A program made the translations under genes and the position numbers. A DNA stretch of 64,000 nucleotides from Ophelia neglecta (taxonomy: Eukaryota): positions 54,684,001 through 54,748,000 of the forward strand of contig OZ260664.1 of assembly GCA_965285935.1 (NCBI GenBank). Reading direction: 5' to 3'. Positions 14,757 to 25,913 of this stretch are shown piece after piece (position 1 is the first letter of the stretch; each line of letters starts with the position of its first letter). The notes beneath the pieces were generated by a model. It had not been told where the DNA came from, searched no databases, and worked only from the letters and a program-made list of their open reading frames with translations.

Positions 14757-17700
14757 AAACAGAAAGCCACAGGTTTTCCTGTTTTGACATAGAGAGATTT
14801 TCTCTCTTGTCTCGGTTGGGGAAGATTCACATCTATGAATTGTCTATTCTGATCTTTTAACAATTAAACATAATAATTTTGTTCATTCCTTGTCCAGTTT
14901 TTCTATGGATTAATAGCATGGAGAAGACATCCTTACCAGACTGTTTACAGAATGCTTGACCACCCATGAAATCTGAGATATAGATGTCAATAAGATGGAT
15001 CCATACACTCTTTGTTTTATAGTATCTTCAGTTGTTCTAATACTGCTTGATACCAGGAAGACTATACCTACTTAGTTAACAGAAGGGTAAATATCCTCTC
15101 ACCTGCCAATGGTAATTACTAATGAGGAGAGGATCTAATTATCCTGGCAGCAGACCAAAGTAAATTTGCTAAGGTTGCCACATAATGGATGACAAATGAA
15201 AAGTGCAAACCAAGGTTGAACTTCAGGAACTATTAAGCAAACCAACGGGAAGTCTAGCGACTAACCAGGCAAAACCCACAGGAAATGGAGGAATTAGGAT
15301 TTATTTTGAAAAGTTTGCAGCCCACAGGTTTCAAGTGGGGAATTTGTGCACCCAATGGCATGAGTTTTTGGCAATCATTGAGCCTTTTGGGATTAGGTTA
15401 ACATAATGTACACACATGTACACATAAATGAATGCTAGTTGTACTCTGTATTGATGTTACTGCCATCTCAGTTGAGTGAGATTCATGGGATTGGCCATTT
15501 ACATAGAATTATGCAAGAAATCCTATCAAATACTGAAAGAGCAGGAAAGGTCTGCATTTAATTTGCAGGTGTGATCCAATAAATGCATGCAATAATTAGA
15601 TTATAATTGTTACAGACAACAGCTTTTAAATCAAATGTGAAAAAAATTCCCTAATCACCAAAACTGCAACCCCCAATGGAACTAATATAATTTGAGCTGA
15701 AAAATAAAGGAAAGGTCAATAGTTTTGCTCCAGGTACTGTTTGTTCTATCATATGATTAGTGATGGGACCTGTTCTTCTGATCAGAGCATTCACCACTCC
15801 TTGCTCAGGACTAAACAGCCAGCTGCCACATGCAAGGCTACTAGATAATCCATCAAAGGTCATCCCTGTCCTACAAGGTAGCCACTTTAATATAAATACT
15901 CCTGGGTGGAGACAGGCTCACAAGGCTGTAAATACAATTTCCATGCCTAAGAAATCACACAGAATTTGTACCAGCAAATCTTCGATTCCCCAAGGCAGTA
16001 CCCACTGCCATGTGGACCACAGCACTTTCATAGTTCACATCACTAGAATGTTATCCCCTCCCCCTTATTAGCTATTATAACCAGGTATACAATAGAAGAC
16101 ATAGGAGGAGGGGGAGGCTAACTCTATGGGGTCAGGACCACAATGTGCTTGGTAGACTATGTTTATTAAATATAGGTTTTGTAGACAATGTTCTCCCCTT
16201 GGGAGAGGCCCTGTTACCCCACCATCCCCACCCTGTTACACTAGGCTCACATTCCTAACCTGACAGACAATGTTACAGCAAAGAGTGGCTCTAAAAACTG
16301 TCAAATTATCTTCAATAGTTTATTCAAAGTCAGCCAGACAAGGTAGCCCTATGACATGACCACTGAAAAAAAACCATTTGAAAGAGCAAAGTATCCATAA
16401 AGGATAGCCTACATGTATAGGGCAGTGTGAACAACCCACCAGGAGGACGAAAGTTACCTATGGGGTACTAGAATATGAAACATTTATAATTATAACAAGT
16501 AGTTAAGCAATGTTTTGGATTAACTAATTAATCCACTGCTAGAATTTTTAAATGATAGATCTGTGTTGCGTGAAAAATACATGTATTCTATTTTATATTA
16601 TGATAATAAGAGCATGTATGATGATTTATCTAAAACAATTGATGGTTACATGGTCAAATCTAATAGATTTCTCCACTAATCGGGTTGTCTGCATGGCCAG
16701 GGTTTGATGTTTTCTTTTTCTCTTTTCCTTTTCTTTTTCGCTTGACAGTCTGACTGTCTGGTTATCTTGTAGGACTGATTCATCACCTCAATCATCTCAC
16801 TACCATCTCACCCATTTACCCTCACACCATGCGCTGTGTGTATATTTTTGTATATTATGACCTTTTGGAGATTACAATTTTTTTGGGCTAAGCTTCTGTA
16901 AAATCCAAAATATTGAAAATAAATATGTTTAAACCAATGTTTTGGATTTTTGGTATGGTATGCACCCACAAAAAGTACAATCCTTAGAGAAGTGGTTTAG
17001 GCATTAGGGGATGACAAAGTTACTGGACAGAGAAAATATACATTATTTATATGGTAGACAAGTTTGGTAAACAAGTGATCTGCCAAACTGTCATCCCTGG
17101 GGGTAGGCCACTGTGCATGACTTGCTATTAACCATGGCAATGGCTGCCTAGATATCTTTAGGGAAAAAAACACTAAACAAAAAACTACATTCAGGTTTTG
17201 AATGGATGAATGAAAGACGCTCAAAAGTAGAAAGCCCAGGAGCATGATGAATATTAATCATGTCTCTTTCACCCCCAGCAAAGAAGAAAGTATTCCAAGA
17301 AGTTTACTTTTTGCACAGACCACATGCCTTATTTCCGGCTCAACATATGGCATCAAGAGACTCCCCTAAAAACCTGATCCAGAACACACACTCCAGCCTC
17401 AACCTATATATTACTTCCTAAAGTCTCCACAACCCTTGTAATTATCTTCTTCTGATAACTTCTGCCAGACACAAGTGATGTACATGTACAGTCTAAAAGC
17501 GGTTATGGAATGTGTAACGTACTGTCTCCCTCAAAGTTCATGTATTACAATATATTCCAGTTATTTTATGCCAGACATTGGGGCAATGTATACTATACAT
17601 ATAGGGTCAGTATCCCATGTGTCCCTTCAGAAACCAGCAAGAGCATGTATAGATTTGTCATTGTCTTAAATTTAAACAGGAGTTCTTTGCACAGTCATAG

Positions 17701-18974
17701 TTTTTTACTGGTAATTGTAATGCACAGTTTTAAACAACAGTCCAGTACACAATGAATCCTGGGTAACTTCCTTAATCTATGCACATACACATTCTTAATT
17801 CTGCCCCCAGCCCCTCCCCCACAACACCCCAACCCCACTCAGTTTGCTACTGTGTGAATGTAGAGAAAATTTACAATGCACTATAATAGTTCATTGGTTT
17901 GTTGTAGCAGGTCATATATTCCAATATACACACCAATTATTGTAAAACTGTGAAATTGCTCAAAATTGCATAGCAATTTATTAAGTTACTTTTCAAAGTA
18001 GTTAACATACAAAAAGGAAGTAGTACTATCATCACTATCATCCTTGCCCTCTGTCCAACTTGTCAGCAATGTCAAAATAGTAGATCCCATTTCACCGAGA
18101 ACGCTGGGTTCTGGTGATCACATCTCAGCTCTAATTACTGACAGTGGAGATGCTAAGTGCCCAGGTGAAAACTATTTAGGGAGGCTGGACTGAAGGAGGC
18201 AGCCATCATCTTATCTCTCTAGGTGTGGGATGACTGTATTATGTTTAAGTACAGCACCAAAAACACACCTTTCATCAGCAAACATCGAATTCATTAAGCC
18301 AAGGTTAACTTGGTGAGATATGCAGCCTACCAATGTACATTTTTATAATGTACATTTTTTAGCTCTGTTCTGGACAGGACATAAGATAATCACTTTGACA
18401 GAATTATGTTGTTTTAAGCCTCATCATTTATATGTGCATCTAATAAATCTCTGATTTATAGAAGCCAACTGAATGATGGACCAATAGCTAGCTCATAACT
18501 AGCTAATTAATACAATACAGGTGATAACATCATATCTTACCTGAAACTAGTAATTAATTATTCCATGTAAAGGCAATTAGAAAAAGACAAAGGTCTAAGT
18601 ATATGTTCAAGTCAATTCTATAACATCCGTAGCAAGACTGGATGATGTAAAATGGTTAATAAACAAGCTCAAAAACATCTTACATACCTCTGAATAAACC
18701 CTAACACAATCAGTTGGTCAATAGTGGGCCTACTCATTTGCCAAAAGATCAAATAGCAGACATCCTAAAACCTCCAATGAGCTCCCCAGGAGCTTGCTGT
18801 GTCAGTGTGCAGAGGAGAGAATACCTGCTGTGTGAGTTTGTTGTCAGCTTTCACTGGACTGACAGGTTAGTGCTGTAAGACTGCCAGTCAGCACACTGCC
18901 ATGTGCCACCGGCCAGCCACTATATTGCACGCTTTGCATTTGTTGGGAGTGCTCCGACCATAATCTCAATTGAG

Positions 18975-18999
18975 GGGGGGGGGGGTGAGGGGGGGGGGG
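18975..18999 (+). repeat. Poly-G tracts (G-quadruplex-capable)
   Basis: Two long G runs separated by tga. Confidence 0.6.
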
Positions 19000-21900
19000 A
19001 GAATTCAGGTCTAGGTGAAAGGAAAACTTCCAATTACAATAGGGATCATTGGCTTACAATATGTAGTGTCTCTTACATACACTGCCATTCTATCATTCTA
19101 TCACTACATTCTATTGTCTAGAAATTAAGAAAAATAAATAAAATAAAAATGTCTAGAAAGCCTTAGTTAAATATGTGACTTTCGATGCATCAAGATTATG
19201 AGCGTCCTCTGTCACTCAAAGAAGTTATTGTTTTTTCTTCAATTCTACATCTTGTCCAAGTAGAAAAAAAGAGTATATAATCTGTAAATGCAGCTGCTAA
19301 TAGGAAAGTTTCATAAATCATTACATTAACACCTGTTCCTAAACATTCTGGTCTGGTAGGATGAAAGTGTCTAAACCACAACCACTTATCCTTGTGCCAG
19401 GCTTGTGGGGGTCATTAATGATAGGTGTGGAATGCCAATTCAATTTATTTTAAGCAAATGGCAGCTCATTGCAGAAAAGATATTACCCACTATGAAGTTT
19501 AAAGCCAGAGATTATGATTTGATTGAGTTGAACCCTGTTAGTAAACCCAGGTGATTGTGACTAATTAAAGCACCAGAGATTAATTATAAGGTGCCATGTG
19601 TAAATTTCTTCCAATCTTTCTCTCTATATATACACTGATAGCTGTCTCTTCAGGAGAATAATTTGTAGTAATAATGTGAAAACTCTATGCATCTGATCAC
19701 AGGAAAATGTTTCTCCATTCAACAAATAGACTAGCTTATTGTGAAAAATAACCATGACAATGTTGTTGTTTCATAAGACTACCATATTGATTAGTTTGTT
19801 GTTATATCTTAACTACTTTCATTGTTAGTGGCCCTTTACATGGAACAAATCATCTGGGATTAGCACAGAACTGATATTTCACTGGCTAATGCACCGGTTA
19901 GTTATGATGCATGAACTGGAGAGAGAAAAAAAAAACAAGAGTTTGATTTTATTCTAGGTTATAGGAGTTATTAGAGCTTAAGGGTCTGTTGTGCATGGCA
20001 TATTTATGTTGAAACAAATTGCTGCCATATGACTTTCACTACGCCAATTTCTCTTTGCTGGATCTAGTTACCTGGGAACAAGCTTGTTAGTTCTAACCTA
20101 TGACTTTTTCCAGCTCTTTTACAAATTTAAATTGTTGTTTTAGCCGTGGAATGAGCTGTGGCAGGGGCCTGTTGGTCATATAATTGGCATGGTGGTTCAG
20201 AGATCACAGAGACAAATATGTAAAGGTGGGTTGTACATGGATAACTGGCTGATCATACGTCACCTGCTAATAATTTGATTAATAAGAGGCAAGAAAAATA
20301 TGAGCGTTGAACAATATTCCCACCTAAACCTGTATGCTTACAAGCATGGAGCTTGCATGTACCCTGTACATGTAGTTTTACTTTTCAATTAAATACCAAA
20401 AAGAAAATCAAATGGAATGAAATGAAAAAATACAATGAAATACTTATTGTAACAATGTATGGTCAAATTATTGCTTACTCCACGAATGTAACACTATTAT
20501 ATATGGATTTTGTCAAGAGTTACACATTTCAACATATCCTATCAATGAAATGGTCACTAATATTATAAAAACAGACTCAAGAGAGCTTCAAAGTTTGTTT
20601 ACTTTCTGTCCATCTGTGTGTATTTATCATGTATATTATCTTTGTTGAAACAGAAATACACCAGGCATAGAGGTATTTCTTTGTCACTATTTACTGCATG
20701 AACAATATTCCTCAGAGAGAATATACAAGAGATCAAGTTTACCTAGCTGAGATCCTTCCAGGAGATATGCCTGTACACAATTAGCACCTTCTCTGTTCCT
20801 GGGAAATATATTGTTTCTTCTCAGATCGCAGTTCCAAAAAGAATCCAACCTTGTGAGAAAATACTGCAATAGAGAATTATAATAGTGATTTACCATAGCA
20901 ACAATGGAGAACTTTTATTGGAAAAGGGATATAATACTGTTGTATATATAATACATAACTAGTTTATGTATATTCTTCAACGAGGCATTGGGATGTATTC
21001 TAAACTGAAGCAAGTCATTTACAAACAAACTTAGGCAGCATGCATTCAGGGGGTGAGGGTGCTTATTTTAGGGATGAGAGGATACTCAGAATTGTTTAGA
21101 GAATCGTTGGCATGTGCACAAGAAACAAATAACTTAGGATAAGCACCTGAATAGGCAAATAAGCTCACAAATAAACAACCCTATACAAAGCTTGTTTAGA
21201 ACTCAAAGGCCAAAGTTTACAATATACATTTGGTCAAATGCAGTTGATTTTCATTCAGTGTGTTTATTTAATATATCAATTCTAAGATCATTTGAGAAAT
21301 ATGATTGACGAAGTTTTCTTTCATTGTACCATTGCCATTACATAAAGTACCTAATCAGAAGGTCATGCTCAATTAATTTATTAAACTTAATTTCACTTGT
21401 AGTTGAATGGGCACCAAGTGGGAAACTGTTCCAATTTTGGAAAAAAGAATCAGTGCTAGACGTACCACAACAGACAGCATATGACATAAAGGAAAGAAAT
21501 CTTTTACATTGGAAGTTTGCTTTTACATAAACCCTGAATCGCCTATACTCTCATGATTAATATAGGCCTATCCATTCATAATTCATTATTCTCATTAAAC
21601 TGAAAACATTTGCAAAAATTTACAATGTGTTGATATTATGTTCATCCTATTTCATCATATGTGTAATCTTCAGGTAATGGATTTATGTATAAATACACTT
21701 TAACCCTTTCACAGGCAATAACAAACAAATTTACATTGGCAGTTCCCAGTTTGAAAAATGAGTTTTCCAGGCAAACTGACAAAAGACAGCCTTAGCTTTT
21801 TGATGGTCAACACCAACGATGAGGCAACAGCTTCAGGACACCAAGATTACTCTGGCCTCCACCTGGACACTTCCCAGACTCGACAGAATGTACACCACTG

Positions 21901-22284
21901 TCGAAACCAAATTGACAGGAGAGTTTGGTTAGTATTAGTCAGTCTCCTTCATTCAGAGAGTGTCCTCTTGACAGTATAGATAGCTCTCCTTAGTTGGTTG
22001 AGATTTTGAAGGCTCCAACTTTTAAAATGGTATCCCCCCAACTCTTCTAAAACTGCTTACTGCATTGTCCCAGCATATAGGTTTCTGTGAAGTCTGACAC
22101 CTTCGGACAGCTGAGCAATGATGCTTTGGTCATTGCTTCTGTCTGCCGCCCTAACTGCCAATCAACTGCCTTCTTTGAGAAGAACGCAGAGTATTCAGAA
22201 GTTTCGTCATCTTTTTTCTCCTCCTGCTCCGCTGATAAAAAAATTCCCCCTCTAAGATACTTCTCAATTCTCCCGCTCATCGCA

Positions 22285-22645
22285 GGGGGGGGGGTTACTC
22301 ACTAATTGGAGGTAGGTAGGAGGGCTCCCCTGGAATGACCCCCCTTTTTTCAGGTCACATAAAATTTTGATACCTACTTTTTGCATGCAACATAGAATTT
22401 TGACCCCCTGTTTTCACTCAACATAGAATTAAGCCCATCATTTTTAATATAGATGAAATAAATAAATACATTATAAGGAAGAAGTAATTTGTAGTGTTTT
22501 GACTTCTTAATCATAGTTATTTGACCCTTGTTTTTCCGAAAAACATAGAATTTAGACCCCAATGCAAAGAACGACTTACAAAGAACAAAGAGCCCCATTT
22601 TGAACCTTCCGGGGGTCCTATCTCCTTTGGGCCCGAGTACCCCCC
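22285..22645. mobile_element. MITE-like element (~360 bp) with GGGGGGTACTC-type termini and internal repeats
   Basis: Left GGGGGGGGGGTTACTC (22285-22300), right GAGTACCCCCC (22635-22645). About five internal copies of CATAGAATTT(T)GACCCC-like motif near 22358, 22391, 22422, 22512 and 22544. No clear TSD. Confidence 0.65.
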
Positions 22646-22854
22646 GAGTACCGGGACCGTACGGGGCGGTAAACAGTGTATTAGACTGTAAAAAAAAGAT
22701 TTTGAACGTTAATAACGTTAATAACTAGGCCAAGGAGGCGAGTGGGCAAAAATAATTCTTTATAACACGTTATAAAACCTATTTTTATAACTTTCGTAGA
22801 TTAATTGTAAACAAAAATGGGCCGAAAATAAACGGCAATGGTGGGGTATAGGCC

Positions 22855-22919
22855 TATAAAAGCATAAATAATATTTTAACGTGAACCGCAGGTGCGGTTG
22901 GTGTTCGGACATGGTGAGT
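22855..22919 (+). promoter_or_regulatory. Candidate TATA promoter with short first exon ending ATG|GTGAGT
   Basis: TATAAAAG at 22855-22862, a CpG-rich stretch, ATG at 22911-22913 immediately followed by donor GTGAGT at 22914-22919. Confidence 0.45.
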
Positions 22920-23121
22920 CGATAGAACTGAACTTCTCAGCCTCTAGCGGTCTGACTACCCTCTTTTATGTGCGCCCCCTTGACTGTTAGGCGGGCCTGG
23001 ATTACGATTACATTTCATTTTGCATACCGACAATAAGGCTGTCAAGAAGCCACAACAATCTTACTACCACTTCAAAGAATATCAGGAAGCTATTACTCTT
23101 TGAGGGGCAGCTACAATATCT

Positions 23122-23208
23122 CTGATCAGAAAATAAGAAGCCACTTCCAGTTTCTGGGAATCCACTGATCAGAAAATAAAGAAGCCACTTCCAGTTTCTG
23201 GGAATCCA
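23122..23208. repeat. Tandem duplication, 2 x 43/44 bp
   Basis: ctgatcagaaaataa(a)gaagccacttccagtttctgggaatcca twice, with a 1-bp indel. Confidence 0.95.
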
Positions 23209-25755
23209 CAATACCCGCCTTTGATCTTTAACTAGACCAACCGACTTATGAAATAGTATTTTCACTTTTGCTATACTTATTAGAAGTACAAAACATACAA
23301 TATCTAGAGATAATAGCAGATTTTCGTCTTGGCACTTTGAAAATCTGTACTTATATACTCGGTATTTCGAATAATGGAAGCCTGTGCCTTAGATTATTTA
23401 CAAGTCATAGCAACAGCGGGGTCCTGCTTTTTAGTACATATTTTTTACACATAATCTGCTTGATTTGAAAATGGGAGGTAGGCCTATATTATTAGATGGG
23501 GAGGTGTCAGTAAGGTTCTAAATGCCCCCCAACCCACCCCATCCCCATGCATGTAAATCATACCAAACAAATAGGTTCCTGAGCATGTTAATCCCTGCCT
23601 TGAAAAACCAAACCAATGTCCGCTTTTGCCGAACGTCAGACATCCATTCATGTCAGTGTTTGCCGAAAAAGGACCCCAATGCGCGTAAATCACAGTCTCA
23701 AAAAGAAAACGTGAGCGGCATGGCCTCGTCTGCCAATTTTATGGAGCTTACCCCCTAAGAGATATTTACCTGGAAAAGAGCTAATATTTTATTTAAAGAC
23801 ATTGGAAAAGCAAATAACCTCAATGTATTTTGTAAAAACGATGTGCCTACTGTATATAGTTTCTTACATGTTTTGCCTATTTAATTGCCACAAAGTCGCA
23901 TTTCACGGCGCTGAAGGCCTAGAATGACATACAAAAACTGCTGAGAAAATGACTGAACCATGCCACTTGGGTGGGAAAGGTGTGGAATGTAAGTCGCACC
24001 TTTCTCGAGACAAACATGTACTCTTGTACTCTTGTAATTAACAAATTAACCAATAGAAGCAATCAACGTTCCGGGGAAATAATGATCATAACCATGTTAT
24101 ATATTATTGTTTTGCTGCACTAAAACTCTATTATATTTCATCGCATGTTCAGCTGTGTTTAGGCTAATACAGCTAAAGGTTCATATATCACGTAAAATTA
24201 TATTAAGAGGAGGTCCATGAAGTTCATGGTAATGCCCGAAATTTATGCCATCTTTTACCATTAGTGATTTATTCTAAAATTTTGACTCTTCAAATAACGT
24301 TAAAAATGATTTTTTTTACAGTCTAAGACACTAGCCTATATCTACGGCCCCGTATGGTCCCGGTACGTCTTTCCGCCCGGTAGGCTACGCTCAATCCACC
24401 GTAAGAACACCCTTTCATTGAGAATGCTTCTGTTGCTTAGTTGATGGTCTCCCCTAAATTTGTGTTAATCTGTTAATTGTGTAGAGTATTCATATCACCT
24501 GCTTATTAAATATTCTCCCTGATCAGAAGTATAAATTTTATGCGGCAATTATTTTTAAAATGTTAGTTACAGTATATTCACAGTGAAACACTTTATCTGG
24601 TTTCTGTGACATGTGACATGCTTGTCAAGCTGGGGTCAAGCTGTGGAAATTAAAAGTGTCATATGTTTCATATCAGGCCTTTTTTGTTATCTCTTTATAT
24701 GTAAAAATACCTTAGCTCTATATAGTCCTTTAAATTTATTTGAAATTCATTTCACTCGTGTTCCTTAAAGTGGTAGAAAATAAATAAATAAGTTGATCTA
24801 CATAGTAAATGTTCCTGCAGGGACTGCTGCATTTAAAATGTACTCAACATTTCTGCAACCATGATTACTGAAGTGGTTTTAATACTTGGATTGAAGTTCT
24901 CACTTAGTGACTTTTGAAAATCACCAATTAACTGTTGAATGTAATTATAGTAGCCTAACTTGCATTAAGTAGTATGTAAAGCAGTAGTAGTAAAAGATTT
25001 TATGCAGCAAGTTGTGACACCACTTTTTGGTAATTTCCTAAGTTTTTTGGAAATGGTACTTCCGGTCAGAGACTCAAAAGTTACTCAACAGACTGCATTG
25101 CTGCCAATTATATCAACAATGTCTAGGGACAACCTGCCTTATCTATCCTGACCCACCTGTACTTTCCAAGCAATTTTAGACATCTAAGCAATTGTAGATA
25201 GTTGTAGGCATACACTGTATATGGTATAGCTGGCTTTATTCAATTGTTCTTATTAACGGTGAACGATATTGCCGGGATGATAATGTATCTATGGATAACA
25301 TATTTTAGCCATAGACAAACCTAACCAGCTAAATGTACCAATGCAAGGGACTCGATCCGTATCTTAATTATAATTTCGTAATTGTGATACATTCACTCAG
25401 TCCCCCAAAATATCAGCCCTGTTGTCTGTCCTGTTCCATTTCATTTGTTTCTAACTCCTTTAGAAGCCCAATAATAGGAGGGAAAACTGGCACCTTTATT
25501 ATGGAAACTTAAATTACTTAACATATTAAATTAGAGTCAGTATTTGTTGTGTCTGTAAATGTACAGTAGTATCATTCATATAATCATTAATAGAGTATTG
25601 GTTCTGTACTGCTACGGACCAAATTGCAACTGATCTTAGTAGTATCATTCCTGCTGTACTTTTGGTAGAATAAATCCATGCTTGCCTAGAGGTAGTAGGA
25701 TTACTTCACTACTGAAGCAGTATCAGACTTTCCAGGCTGATGTTTTTACTTGCAG

Positions 25756-25913
25756 GAATAAGTACTGGTATCATTGTGAGCCTGTTTTCTCTCTAAGAGA
25801 GAACATTACTTCTCCTGCCAAATGATAAAACCAGCATGGCCGCCTGCAACATCACTTTGACTGCTACCACCTGTGTCCATGGTCGAAAAAAAGTGACTGG
25901 CCAACAATCCAGG
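25756..25913 (+). other. Candidate non-coding internal exon (158 nt)
   Basis: Acceptor tgtttttacttgcAG ending at 25755 and donor AGG|GTAAGT at 25913/25914. Stops in all three frames. Confidence 0.35.

Larger units (their letters stand above)
22651..24363. mobile_element. Non-autonomous DNA transposon-like element, 1713 bp, with ~65-70 bp imperfect terminal inverted repeats
   Basis: Left end CCGGGACCGTACGGGGCGGTAAACAGTGTATTAGACTGTAAAAAAAAGATTTTGAACGTTA. Reverse complement of right end CCGGGACCATACGGGGCCGTAGATATAGGCTAGTGTCTTAGACTGTAAAAAAAATCATTTTTAACGTTA. TA on both flanks (22649-22650, 24364-24365). Interior CpG-richer than the background. No intact transposase ORF. Confidence 0.8.

Noticed and set aside
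1068-18545. Isolated consensus minus-strand donors near 1073, 5100, 13618, 15103 and 18540
   Set aside because: No convincing paired acceptor or reading frame; a few such matches are expected by chance.
25688-25699. AGAGGTAGTAGG resembling the let-7 5' end
   Set aside because: The match stops after 12 nt and there is no precursor hairpin.
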